This document shows, in pieces, positions 1-12,780 of a DNA stretch of 64,000 bases (positions are counted from its first letter, which is position 1; each line of letters opens with the position of its first letter). This stretch comes from Pecten maximus (lineage: Eukaryota), in the NCBI RefSeq assembly GCF_902652985.1, contig NC_047016.1, positions 34,720,001 through 34,784,000 of the forward strand, given 5' to 3'. The position numbers and the translations under genes were made by a program. The notes below the pieces were generated by a model. The model was given only the letters and a program-made list of their open reading frames with translations. It made no database searches and was not told where the DNA came from.

Positions 1-1449
1 GAACGTTTAGTGAAATTAATGACATTGTGTGGAGGAATGTTAAGTATAAAACTAGTTACATTATATAGAGGAATGTTTAGTACAAATATGTGACATTATA
101 TGGAGAAACATTTAGTGATATTAGTGACATTATATGGAGAAACGTTTAGTAAAATTAATGACATTATATAGAGGAACGTTCAGTAAAATTAGTGACATTA
201 TATGGAGAAACGTTTATTAAAATTAGTGACATTATATGGAGAAACGTTTAGTGATATTAGTGACATTATATGGAGAAACGTTTAGTAAAATTATTGACAT
301 TATATAGCGGAACGTTTAGTGAAATTAACGACATTATATGGAGAAACGTTTAGTGAAATTAATGACATTGTATGGAGGAATGTTAAGTATAAAATTAGTG
401 ACATTATATGAAGAAACGTTTAGTGATATTAGTGACATTATATGGAGAAACGTTTAGTGATATTAGTGACATTATATGGAGAAACGTTTAGTGATATTAG
501 TGACATTATATGGAGAAACGTTTAGTAAAATTAGTGGCATTATATAGAGGAACGTTTAGTAAAATTAGTGGCATTATATAGAGGAACGTTTAGTAAAATT
601 AGTTGCATTATATGGAGAAATCTTTAGTATAATTTGTGACATTATATGGAGAAACGTTTAGTAAAATTAGTGACATTATATGGAGGAACGTTCAGTAAAA
701 TTAGTGACATTATATGGAGAAACGTTTAGTAAAATCAATGACATTATATTGAGGAATGTTTAGTGAAATTAATGACATTGTGTGGAGGAATGTTAAGCAT
801 AAAACTAGTTACATTATATAGAGGAATGTTTAGTACAAATATGTGACATTATATGGAGAAACGTTTAGTGATATAAGTGACATTATATGGAGAAACGTTT
901 AGTAAAATTAGTGACATTATATGGAGAAACGATAAGTAAAATTAGTGAAATTATATGGAGAAACGTTTAGTGATATTAGTAACAGTATATGGAGAAACGT
1001 TTAGTGATATTAGTGACATTATATGGAGAAACGTTTAGTAAAATTAGTGACATTATATGGAGAAACGTTTAGTAAAATTAGTGACATTATATGGAGAAAC
1101 GTTAAGTAAAATTAGTGAAATTATATGGAGAAACGTTTAGTGATATTAGTAACAGTATATGGAGAAACGTTTAGTAAAATTAATGACATTATATGGAGAA
1201 ACGTTTAGTGATATTAGTGACATTATATGGAGAAACGTTTAGTGATATTAGTGACAGTATATGGAGAAACGTTTAGTGATATTAGTGACATTATATGGAG
1301 AAACGTTTAGTGATATTAGTGACATTATATGGAGAAACGTTTAGTGATATTAGTGACAGTATATGGAGAAACGTTAAGTGATATTAGTGAAATTATATGG
1401 AGAAACGTTTAGTGATATTAGAGACATTATATGGAGGAACGTTCAGTAA
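1..1449. repeat. 34-bp minisatellite (runs off the window start)
   Basis: Unit GAAACGTTTAGTGATATTAGTGACATTATATGGA repeated about 42 times with variants. Confidence 0.97.
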
Positions 1450-2269
1450 CTCAAGTTCCCTTATCTGTCTGTTTTAGTTGATCACGATTTTGCCCAAACA
1501 TTTGTATCGATGTCGGAAGCTGGTAATGCTATAAGAATATATGTGGGGTGTTTGACTCCAATGAATGGTCATCGGTTCGATTTGTATTGCAAATTTATTT
1601 TACATAGCACATGTATTAATGACGAAACAGGAAAATTAAAACAAGCAAACTAACAACACGCCTAGAGCATAGGATTATAAACATATTTGATTCCTTCAAA
1701 GTAAGTCAATCATGGAAGAGAACACTTAAAATAACTTGTTTTTATTTTTGCGCGATGCAATTTTAGTGTATAAACAAATTTAAACGGATTTTAGTGGATT
1801 GCGAATTGGCGCACTCAATTTATATTCCAGGCAAGTAATGCAATTGTAATGCAGCGTAATGATATAGGGACTAACATCGCTAAAATGACATTACCACTGA
1901 AATATGTCAGTTTACAGTATAATGGTGGATATAACATAGAAAATGAACAAACGAGTATACATGTATAATATGTGAATTTCTATAACAAATGTATATATGT
2001 ATGACTCGATATGGAGTTCCTTTGTGTCAAACCATGTCATTTCTATTGTGACGAGAGTTGAGATAATAAACATAAAACGTGTTCGGGGAGACAGTATTAT
2101 TTCAATCGCAGTCAAGTTCAAACATCCTTTAAATAGTCTTTACAGCACGACAAATTAATTCTGCTACACCTATAGAATCATCCACCCGACATGTCGGGAA
2201 GTTGTGCTTCCGGAGATCGAATTCGGTGGACGAACTAATTAGAAAGGAAATACAACACTTAGAAGTATT

Positions 2270-2912
2270 TATGATGACAATAGAAAGTTTTGTTATGGAC
2301 GATGACAGTAGAATATGTTGTGAAACGATGATAAAAGAAAGTGTTGTGAAAGGACGATGACAATAGAAGTGTTGTGAAAGGACGATGACAATAGAAGTGT
2401 TGTGAAAGGACGATGACAATAGAAATTGTTGTGAAAGGACGATGACAAAAGAAATTGTGAAAGGACGATGACAAAAGAAATTGTTGCGAAAGGACGATGA
2501 CAAAAGAAGTGTTGTGGAAGGACGATGACAAAAGAAATTGTTGCGAAAGGACGATGACAAAAGAAATTGTGAAAGGACAATGCCAGTAGAAATTGTTGTG
2601 AAAGGACGGTGACAAAAAAATTGTTGTAAAAGTACGATGACAAAAGACATCGTTGTGAAACGACGATGACAAAAGACATTGTTGTAAAAGGACGATGGCA
2701 AAAGACATCGTTGTGAAACGACGATGACAAAAGACATTGTTGTGCAACGATAATGACAAGAGAAATTGTTGTGGAAGGACGATGACAGAAGAAAATGTTG
2801 TGAAAGGACGCGTTGAAAAAAGAAATTGTTGTGAATGGACGATGAAGATAAAAAATGTTTTATGAAAGGACAATGACAACGGAAAGTACATAGATATGAA
2901 AGGGCGATGACG
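2270..2912. repeat. 26-29-bp minisatellite
   Basis: Unit GAAAGGACGATGACAAAAGAAATTGTTGT with indel variants. It explains the overlapping minus-strand ORFs at 2129-2891. Confidence 0.95.
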
Positions 2913-5303
2913 ATAATTCTATATGAATTAAACAGATCCTACATACACATGGTAACAAGACGCTGAAATGGAAGATGAGTTTTGGTTTTATTTCTCGGAG
3001 ACATGACGTGTAGAACTACTACTAACCACATATTTCATCCCGAAGATCGGTAATAGCGGGAAAAATCGTTTTAACTTGATACGGAATATGTGCTCACAAC
3101 TTTGATTTTATGACTCTATTGTGCAGTCTATGTAAGGTGTTTCCGGCCGTTTCAGGTGTTTCCGGCCTGAAACGGGCGATAATTGGCTAATTTCATTTTC
3201 TTTGGGGATAGGTAGTGTGGAGGCACTAACGAGAAACGTATGCAGATATACATCTACTTAGTTTGAAAGATATGATCAGCGAAGGCCGAACATTTACCAA
3301 TGATAGAGAAAATTAACGGCGTCGTGTTAGGAAACAATACGATTCTCTAATACCCGTGTCGTGCGACGGCCAAACTTCTCCGGATCATCGAGGTGTCGAG
3401 AAATTGTGGTCTCAAGTCAAAGAACGGCTGTATCATTTTGTATAGTGATAGGATTGGAGCTAGTGACGGGTCTACTGTAATTTTCTCATTACCGTAGAAC
3501 CACCACGATAACATATAACGAACAGGCAGCGGTCCTACGGATGCAAACTGCAGTATTTTGGATAACGCCGTTGTAATTGTCATCGATCGTGGCCTAGGTG
3601 TTGAGTAGAAGTGACGGTTTAATATGATATGTTATTATGGACAATTTAGTATCTCCAATCTTCTGGTTGTCGATATTGCACACAAAGCTAAGCGCGTGTT
3701 ACCTATCACGATGACAAGTTTTCGACACCGCGTCTAGAATAATCTGCGGCGGAAAATGATATCGATAGATTTGTGTCCGTAATTAGAATATACCGTTTTG
3801 CAAATTAGAGGTGTGCCGTGCCTTCTCCGTGGAGGAGAATATTATTGTCGATAGTTAGTAATAAAAAGAAGACGCATATCGTTATAAACGCTACCATTTT
3901 ATTTTACCCAGACACGGAGACTATTTAAACTCCGTAGCCTCGTAAAATTTCTTTCAGCTGCCACAGGGATAACATAAATTGGTGACCTTGTATTGTTAAA
4001 TGCATTATATGACCTTTGTGACAGCTGGGCGTTAAGGAACTTTAAAACCCGATATATATCATTTGAGGGGGCGTGGCACTATTGTGATTAATGACCTTCA
4101 TTAAAAAGTGTTATATACATATATATATATGTATATGAAAACATTATTTTCTTTTACTGACAATTTGGAATTTCAGAATCTATTGCTGATAATCTGTCTA
4201 TCCTTCGAATGAAGGGCTACATACAAAATGTATTGTTTTATGACTGGCTCATATTGTTGTCACAGTTGCCATTGTTCTACAGTTAAGATATTCAGTTAAT
4301 AGTCAATCAACAGTAAGAATTTAAAAGACCAATTAAAAAAATATCTGAAAAAATCGCGACTTGCAGAATGGGAAGTATATGCGTTTGAAAACCACACATC
4401 TAGTTTAACAGTTATTTGTGTTGGGTACATTTTCACTTCTGGGATCTTTTGAGCCTGGATATTTTAGAAGGACGAAATACTTATATCATGTAGTATTACA
4501 TATTTTTCGGCATATTTTTACCTATTGCTGAATTGATTTTTCAACGTGTTTCTCACCTGTGTGTCTTTTTTAACACTCTTTCAATAATGCAAACTAAAAT
4601 TAAAAACCAAGGGAGATAATCCTTACATGAATTACACGCAAGCGTAATCAAGCATACATCTTTAACTTAATTGTTGAATCTATTATCGCAATACCATCCA
4701 TTGGAACCAATTATTTTTATTCGTTATTAAGCCCCTTTGCGTGGACAGGGTAGGGAATAAATATATCTGAATGTATTTATTGATGTACTGATACAGATTG
4801 TGTGTTTACGGGTCTGCCCACTTCAAAGAGACAATTCGATCACCTTAAACGTCACACCTACTGCATGCTCGAGTCTGTAAACGTAATTGACAGGAAACTC
4901 TTGTGATATGGTAAAGTCGTAAAATATATGGTTATTACAAAAAATGGTTGTTAGCCCGATACTGGACAGTGATCGATAAATGAGAATTGATGAGGATAAC
5001 GTGTTGATATGCGAGCACGTGTGGAACAGAAGATTCCCACAAATAGCCGGATTGTATCGTATATAATGTTTTATATTATATCTTAAATAACATTCAGCAA
5101 ATATAATGACGTAGATAAATGTAATATTACCCCCTTTGTCTATACGACGGATATTAATTACACGATACTAAGCAGTGTCAAAAATCATCGAGAATCATCA
5201 ATACTCATATTAATGGCATATTCCTACCGTATCTAAACATTGTATTTAGTGTTTGTGTCTTAAAGCACCCCCGGGCGCTGTTCATATACCACGACTTCAT
5301 AGG

Positions 5304-6188
5304 AAACATATAGATCTCCGCTCTGTCACAAACATACAGATCTCCGCTCTGTCACAAACATATAGATCTCCGCTCTGTCACAAACATACAGATCTCCACT
5401 CTGTCACAAACATACAGATCTCCGCTCTGTCACAAACATACAGATCTCCGCTCTGTCACAAACATACAGATCTCCGCTCTGTCCACAAACATACAGATCT
5501 CCGCTCTGTCACAAACATACAGATCTCCACTCTGTCACAAACATACAGATCTCCGCTCTGTCACAAACATACAGATCTCCGCTCTGTCACAAACATAAAG
5601 ATCTCCGCTCTGTCACAAACATACAGATCTCCACTCTGTCACAAACATACAGATCTCCGCTCTGTCACAAACATACAGATCTCCGCTCTGTCACAAACAT
5701 ACAGATCTCCGCTCTGTCACAAACATACAGATCTCCGCTCTGTCACAAACATACAGATCTCCGCTCTGTCACAAACATACAGATCTCCGCTCTGTCACAA
5801 ACATACAGATCTCCGCTCTGTCACAGACATACAGATCTCCGCTCTGTCACAGACATACAGATCTCCGCTCTGTCACAGACATACAGATCTCCGCTCTGTC
5901 ACAGACATACAGATCTCAGCTCTGTCACAGACATACATATCTCCGCTCTGTCACAAACATACAGATCTCCGCTCTGTCACAAACATACAGATCTCCGCTC
6001 TGTCACAAACATACAGATCTCCGCTCTGTCACAAACATACAGATCTCCACTCTGTCACAGACATACAGATCTCCGCTCTGTCACGAACATACAGATCTCC
6101 GCTCTGTCACGAACATACAGATCTCCGCTCTGTCACGAACATATAGATCTCCGCTCTGTCACGAACATACAGATCTCCGCTCTGTCAC
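5304..6188. repeat. 26-bp minisatellite
   Basis: Unit AAACATACAGATCTCCGCTCTGTCAC, about 34 highly homogeneous copies. The 297-aa ORF is a 26-aa periodic read-through of three units. Confidence 0.98.
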
Positions 6189-6246
6189 TTGAGATCAGTC
6201 GTTTGACTCAAACGGCAGGGACTCATGAGTTTCTGACGATGTCACC

Positions 6247-7331
6247 GCTTCCCGACACAACATCCCCCTCCCGACACAACACCCCCCTTCCGACACAGCT
6301 CCCCCCTCCCGACACAACACACTCTCCCAACACAGCTTCCCCTTCCCGACACAGCTTCCCCCTCCCGACACAACATCCCCCTCCCGACACATCCCCCTCC
6401 CGACACAACATCCCCCTCCCGACACAGCTTCCTCCTCCCGACACAACATCCCCCTCCCGACACAACATCCCCCTCCCGACACAGCTTCCCCCTCCCGACT
6501 CATCATCCCCTCCCGACACAACACAGTCACCCAACACAGCTTCCCCCTCCCGACACATCATCCCCTCCCGACACAACACAGTCACCCAACACAGCTTCCC
6601 CCTCCCGACACATCATCCCCTCCCGACACAGCACTTTACCAATACAACACCCCCCTCCCGACATAACATCCTCCTCTCGACTCAACACACCTACCGATGC
6701 AATATCCTCTCCCGACTCAGCTTCCTCTTTCCGACACAACATCTTCCTCCCGACACAACACTCCTCCTGACACAATATCCCTCCCTAAACCCCCTCCCGA
6801 TACAACATCCTCCTCCCGACACAACAACCCCTTCCGACACAACATCTTCCTCCCGACACTTTGGTTTGGTTTGTTTTTGTTTAACGTCCTATTAACAGCC
6901 AGGGTCATTTAAGGACGTGCCAGGTTTTGGAGGTGGAGGAAAGCCGGAGTACCCGGAGAAAAACCACCGGCCTACGGTCAGTATACCTGGCAACTGCCCC
7001 ACGTAGGTTTCGAACTCGCAACCAAGAGGTGGAGGGCTAGTGTTAAAGTGTCGGGACACCTCAACCACTCGGCCACCGCGGCTCCTCCTCCCGACACAAC
7101 ACCCCGTCCTGACACAATATCCTTCCCTAAACCCCCTCCCAATACAACATCCTCCTCCCGACACAACCCCTCCCGACACAACATCACCCCTAAACAACAC
7201 CATTCCTGACACATCCCTCTCCCTAAACAACACCCCCTCCCGACCCCCCCCCCCCCGACACAACATCACCCCTAAACAACACCACTCCTGACACAACCCC
7301 TCCCTTAATAACACCCCCCCCCCCTCTGACA
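6247..7331. repeat. C-rich ~18-20-bp minisatellite, interrupted by a SINE
   Basis: Core CCCCTCCCGACACAACAT / CCCCTCCCGACACAGCTT repeated on both sides of the SINE at 6860-7085. Confidence 0.93.
6860..7085 (-). mobile_element. Full-length tRNA-derived V-domain SINE (family A, copy 1)
   Basis: Read on the minus strand: A-box TGGCCGAGTGG (7075-7065), B-box GAGTTCGAAACC (7017-7006), V-domain-like GGTTTTTCTCCGGGTACTCCGGCTTTCCTCCAC, and tail ...TAGGACGTTAAACAAAAACAAA(CCAAA)n. A 12-bp TSD TCCTCCCGACAC lies at 6848-6859 and 7086-7097. Two near-identical copies occur elsewhere in the window. Confidence 0.92.
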
Positions 7332-7685
7332 TGCAGGTAAACAGCGGCTGATGCTAATCAATGGGGTTTATTACGGTTGAGAGGTATTACTTTAGAACGT
7401 TATGAGACGAGTAGAGGTAGCGACAATATTGGCGTTTAGTTCTTCTGTAGAGTCTGCGTGGAAGAGCTTATTTTCCAATAACAATCTGTAGTTCATGAAT
7501 GTCACAATAAAAATATATTCAGCTTTGCAAACAAATTCTCCAAGAGAAACGCCGATTGTAGAGTTGATAGAGTGGATACCGCCAGGTCTAATTAGAACAA
7601 ATTTCAATTTGGTTTATATATCTGAATCAATCTGAATCAATTTAAGTGATATAACTTTTTAACACGTTCGAGGAGTAAGGTCTTT

Positions 7686-7883
7686 GGCCGAGCTAATAAA
7701 CACGCGCGATTCGAGCATAATTGTGGTCGGGCTTATAAACACGCAAGATCCGAGTATAATTGTGGCCGAGCTAATAAACGCGAGATTCGAGTATAATTGT
7801 GGTAAGGCTAATAAACACGCGAGATTCGAGTATAATTGTGGCTGAGCTAATAAACGCGAAATTCGAGTATAATTGTGGCCGAG
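7686..7883. repeat. 39-bp minisatellite
   Basis: About 5 copies of GGCCGAGCTAATAAACACGCGAGATTCGAGTATAATTGT. Confidence 0.9.
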
Positions 7884-8997
7884 TCGATAGACAAGTTCAA
7901 ATGTTACGCACACGTGGCTTAAAAGTCAACAGCTTGTTTATATTTTTATCGATTATGGTTTTTAGGAATTATCTCAACATGTTTCAACTGCCTTAAATGT
8001 ATATATTTAACTACCGCAAACTGACATGGAAATATATGTTATTTTATAGAACTAGATGGTTGGTTAGGACTTTGACGTTTCGGGAAAGAAAGAAGCTAAA
8101 ATAGAAAACATTTTTAAATTAGTCATATATCTATCTTGAGATTCTACCGTCGTGTAGGGTACTTCCGGTAGCGTATTTCAAATTATAAAGCTCGCACTTC
8201 CGGGCTAGACACACATATATTTATAAGCTCATATCCTCTGCTGGGAATTGGAAAAATCGTGACGTTAAATATTAATTTTCTGCCTGACAGTCACGCTGTT
8301 CCTGTGATGGTTACATTGGTTTAATCTACTTCGGCTTCCGGTGCCGAAATAAGAGAGATGCAAACAGACAAACTGTAATTACAATAGGTGCATTCTTCTT
8401 TGTCTTAGATGTACTGCATTGCAGCTTATTCATTGTTGTCGATACCACTGGCGTCATCATGACGTCATTGTGACGTCAGGGACAGATTTTTGGTATATGT
8501 AAAGTGCCACATCTAACTGTTAATGTTAAAACGACAAATAAACAAAAGATGTACAAACAAAAGGCAAACAAAAGAAAACAATAGCTAAACAAGAAACAAA
8601 CGACAAAGGAATTTGCTGAGTAAAAAAAAAGGACTTTGTCTATATCTGTATGTGAATTAGTGACTGTATGGTCATGTTGATTTAACAGCAGGGACCACTT
8701 AAAATCTTCACGGCTGAGAATACAGTGTTGAATTGTTAGTTTCGTCAGATTTAGCGGTTGGCCTTCTATTCAGCAGATCAGGGCTTGATTTCTGGTACGA
8801 TTGTAGAACCCTGTCTAGTAAAAAAAGTTAAACACTTCGACATTCATTAAACTCCTACTGGACTTACCACAATTAGGGAATAAGAGTTTAGAACTGAAAC
8901 AGAAAACATTATCAACTAAAAAACGACGGTTTAAGAAAAGAGTTTAAACAAATATGATACATGATCACTAAAGCATTGCTTTAGACCCGATCAATTC

Positions 8998-9631
8998 TCC
9001 TTCAGACGGCCCACACTACGCCCTCAACCTCTGGGTTGCGAGTTCGAAACCTACGTGGGGCAGTTGCCAGGTACTGACCGTAGGCCGGTGGTTTTTCTCC
9101 GGTACTCCGGCTTTCCTCCACCTCCAAAACCTGGCACGTCCTTAAATGACCCTGGCTGTTAATAGGACGTTTAGCAAAAACAAACCAAACCAAAGACCAC
9201 ACTACAAATCGGATCCTTCAGACGGCCCACACTACAAACTGGATCCTTCAGACGGCCCACACTACAAACTGGATCCTTCAGACGGCCCACACTACAAACT
9301 GGATCCTTCAGACGGCCAACACTACAAACTGGATCCTTCAGACGGCCCACACTACAAACTGGATCCTTCAGACGGCCCACACTACAAACTGGATCCTTCA
9401 GACGGCCCACACTACAAATCGGATCCTTCAGACGGCCCACACTACAAACCGGATCCTTCAGACGGCCCACACTACAAATCGGATCCTTCAGACGGCCCAC
9501 ACTACAAATCGGATCCTTCAGACGGCCCACACTACAAATCGGATCCTTCAGACGGCCAACACTACAAACCGGATCCTTCAGACGGTCCACACTACAAATC
9601 GGATCCTTCAGACGGCCCACACTACAAATCG
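8998..9631. repeat. 30-bp minisatellite; first unit interrupted by a SINE
   Basis: Unit GGATCCTTCAGACGGCCCACACTACAAA(TC/CT/CC), about 15 copies. A partial unit lies at 8998-9019, upstream of the SINE. Confidence 0.97.
9020..9194 (+). mobile_element. 5'-truncated V-domain SINE (family A, copy 2)
   Basis: Nearly identical to the reverse complement of 6860-7040. It lacks the A-box. A 9-bp TSD CCACACTAC lies at 9011-9019 and 9197-9205. Confidence 0.92.
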
Positions 9632-10364
9632 TATTCCTGTTTGTGTGTTAATGTCAGTCACGGGTAGTTTTTGTTGAAAAAAAAATTAAAGAAAATAAAC
9701 ATTTGAGTTTAGGTAGAGCTTAATCAATATATCTCTGAAATTTATCATTAGAAGCTTCGATATTGCGGCCGGATATAAAAAAAAAAAAAAAAATGGAAAA
9801 AAAATGCATAACAATGCAAAGCGAGGGTTTAAAGCACAATTGCCATTTATTCTCTTGTGCTACAAACAAAACGACCATACAAACAATAAAATGTTACTCT
9901 ATCAAAGGGTATGCGAAAAATATCAGCTTCAAGTAGATTTTTATATGAAAACGATTCGTCACAATATCTCCACGTGTTGTTTCCTATCAGTGTTCCGGTC
10001 CTGTAAAATTCCTGGGAGTTTTAGAACAGTGTACTTTTCTTCAAGCTCCTTGAGTTGATAAATGTGTGTAACAAAGTACACATTATGGTATTAATGCCAA
10101 GCAAGACCGAAATTCAACCACAAATGGCGCTGTCTGTTCCAATCAATTATATCCGGTTACCATTCTCTTCACAGACTGTTCTCACAGCCTAACAAATATT
10201 GGCAAACTTCTTATGATCCATCGATTCGGCCTCCTTAACTTCAGGTTTGAGAGTTTCTATTCTTATTAATTAGAACATAAGTGTACACGACATGTTAAGA
10301 GAATCAATCAGTCGAATGAATTCAATGTATTTTTGTATCGGTTAACTGCACGAAATGATTCATC

Positions 10365-10680
10365 TCGTATCAGACAATTTTACCATATATTTTTCCTATC
10401 TGTCAATTTCATACAATGCGCTTTCTTGCATCCGTATCGGTCAATTTCATACAATGCGCTTTCTTGTATCCGTATTGGTCAATTTCATACAATGCGATTC
10501 TCAACCCATATCAGTCAATTTCATACAATGCGCTTTCTTGTATTCGTATCAGTCAATTTCATACAATGAAAATACATTTTTCGTATCTATCGATTTCATA
10601 CAATTTCGTACAAATCTGCGTTATCATATAGATTCAGTTCTTGTAATGTAATATTTTCGTATCGTTCGATTGCATACAGT
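10365..10680. repeat. ~38-bp degenerate minisatellite
   Basis: Unit TCAATTTCATACAATGCGCTTTCTTGTATCCGTATCGG, with about 5 good copies plus decayed flanks. Confidence 0.88.
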
Positions 10681-12280
10681 GTTGTCTTCCGTATTAGCAG
10701 ATGTGCTATTTTTTAGAACAGAAAAAATATATTTCCATTTACACGAAGGCCCTTGAAAAGTAGGGGAATCGGACCAGGCATTCCGGGAGAGTATGCGTCA
10801 CGATCAACCATTATACAAATCTAGGTCAAAACTGGGTCACCCTCTCAAAACGAGAACTAGTATGGTAACAATAGGCATATCAGGAATCATTGAACACACA
10901 GAATATTTACAGCCAAGATCAAGGTGTCGGTCTAAATTTTCAAATAGTTTTCATCAACCTCGAAACCTTACGTTGGTAATTTTCCCGTCTATAGTCGACT
11001 TCGGATTTATATTCCTTCGAATTTTACTTTTGTATTTCAAAGAGGGGATAGTACAACTCCAAACCAACACGTTAAAACGATCAAAATAAAATCATACAAT
11101 AGCCTTTTCTATGGGTTTAAATGTTTGTCACGAAATGTATTTCTCGATCATGTACTTAAAGACCGGAAAGATGGCAAAAATATGAAAGTGAAACAACACG
11201 GTCAAACTATCTACAACGTCATCACGGATTTCCCAGTGGTTTTCGTTCGCCATGTCGACCGTTTCGTTAGCAGGTTTGCTCAATTTACGACGTTTAACTT
11301 TATAATGGCTTCGGAGTCATAAAAAATGAAGCATCATATATCAAATTGTTGAATCAACTCATTCCATTCTGAATTTTTCTTGATTTAACAAAGACTGCTT
11401 GCAGTTATTCTGATGATGGAGCGGGTCATTTAGAAGCTTCCGTGTTTTTTCGTAACCGGCTAGAAACAGTTCAATTTCGAGAGAAAAAAATAATTGAAAA
11501 TTTTATTTGTGACTCGATGGAAATATCAGAATAAAAGTCGGTATGGCTACGCCTTCGCAAGTTAAAATCCATCTGCGAATTCTTCGTTTTAAGTGCGAAC
11601 AGAAAATACTTAACCCTCACCAAGTAAGATACGTAGATACCCCAATATAAATACACTTCGATACAGGTACAGAAAAAAAAAATGAAATGGAATGAAAACC
11701 TGATAATAAAAACAATTCTAATATATTAACACTTGGTGACTGAGGCATTTCATAAAACATTACAAAAATGAATTACCTTGTACACACAGCCGTGAGTTTG
11801 ATAGAACAGCCGAATTATACCGGAAGCACTAGGTGTCACTTCTGGGTTGTCTATGACGACAAAACTAAAAATAGTTCGCAGAGAAAATAACTCAAAAAAT
11901 GTTTTTATTCATTCTTTTAATAACATGCATCTAAGTTTATCACCACAACATATTCCAAGATAATACTGCAGGAACATCGTCCAGCTACACTCTGTAGTAA
12001 TAAGTAACATGTTGCGAGGAGACTGGACCGGTCGGAGTCTCGGGATCCCAGGTCACCAGTCTCTATAATAGTGCCGTTTCAATATTCCTTCACTCTCCCG
12101 AATCTAATTCTGTGGAAGCCACGATATTTGCAGATTATGTTCCAGTTCGACTGACGAAGAGAGTTCCGAAGGAATCGGCCAAAGCTGGATTCCTTATGTT
12201 AATGTAAATAGCAGACGTCAACATTTCCTTTTCACGTCTGCCTTGAACAAAGTCGTTTTTGTTTGTAAGTTTACTTTTTC

Positions 12281-12780
12281 AGGCAGCCATCTTAGATTTT
12301 GACAATTAAAGTTTGTTATCGCTATTTCTCAGAAAGTACTGAAGGGGTCTTTCTCAAATTTCATATGTAGGTTCCTCTTGCTGCCTAGTTATGCATATTG
12401 CATTTTGATACCAATCGGAAAACAACATGGCCGACAGGCAGCCATCTTGGATTTTGACAATTGAAGTTTGTTATCGCTATTTCTCAGAAAGTACTGAAGG
12501 GATCTTTCTCAAATTTCATATGTAGGTTCCTCTTGGTGCCTAGTTATGCATATTGGGACCAATCGGAAAACAGCATATGGCCGACAGACGGCCATTATCG
12601 CTAAATCTTAAATTTTATATATAAGTTCCTCTTGTTTGAAAAGTACTAAAGGGCTGTTTCTGAATTTACACAGATTAGTAAGACTTAGAGGAAGGGAAAG
12701 TAGAGAAAAGATCAATCTGACATGGAACCTATGAAGATCATTCAATGGTGGGCGCCAAGATCCCTCTGGGATCTCTTGTT
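12281..12780 (+). mobile_element. Non-autonomous Helentron-type element (HINE-like) with 155-bp internal tandem repeats; 5' end missing
   Basis: Two 155-bp units start AGGCAGCCATCTT at 12281 and 12436, followed by a partial third. The 3' end is GGTGGGCG, then hairpin AGATCCC-TCT-GGGATCT, then CTTGTT. This matches the known end architecture of bivalve Helentron-associated elements. Confidence 0.75.

Noticed and set aside
1720-1919. Possible TACTGTA-type MITE (right end GTTTACAGTA)
   Set aside because: No matching left TIR is recognisable.
5253-7332. ORFs of 297 and 230 aa and overlapping shorter ORFs
   Set aside because: They read through the 26-bp and C-rich arrays. The 26-bp unit is not a multiple of 3.
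9146-9667. (PHYKSDPSDG)n decapeptide reminiscent of YK-containing adhesive proteins
   Set aside because: The start codon lies inside a SINE tail, the SINE interrupts the array, and unit variants are non-synonymous (S/L/P).
12019-12063. GAGACTGG..CCAGTCTC hairpin as a possible pre-miRNA
   Set aside because: The stem is too short and irregular. I recognised no conserved animal miRNA mature sequence here or elsewhere by eye.
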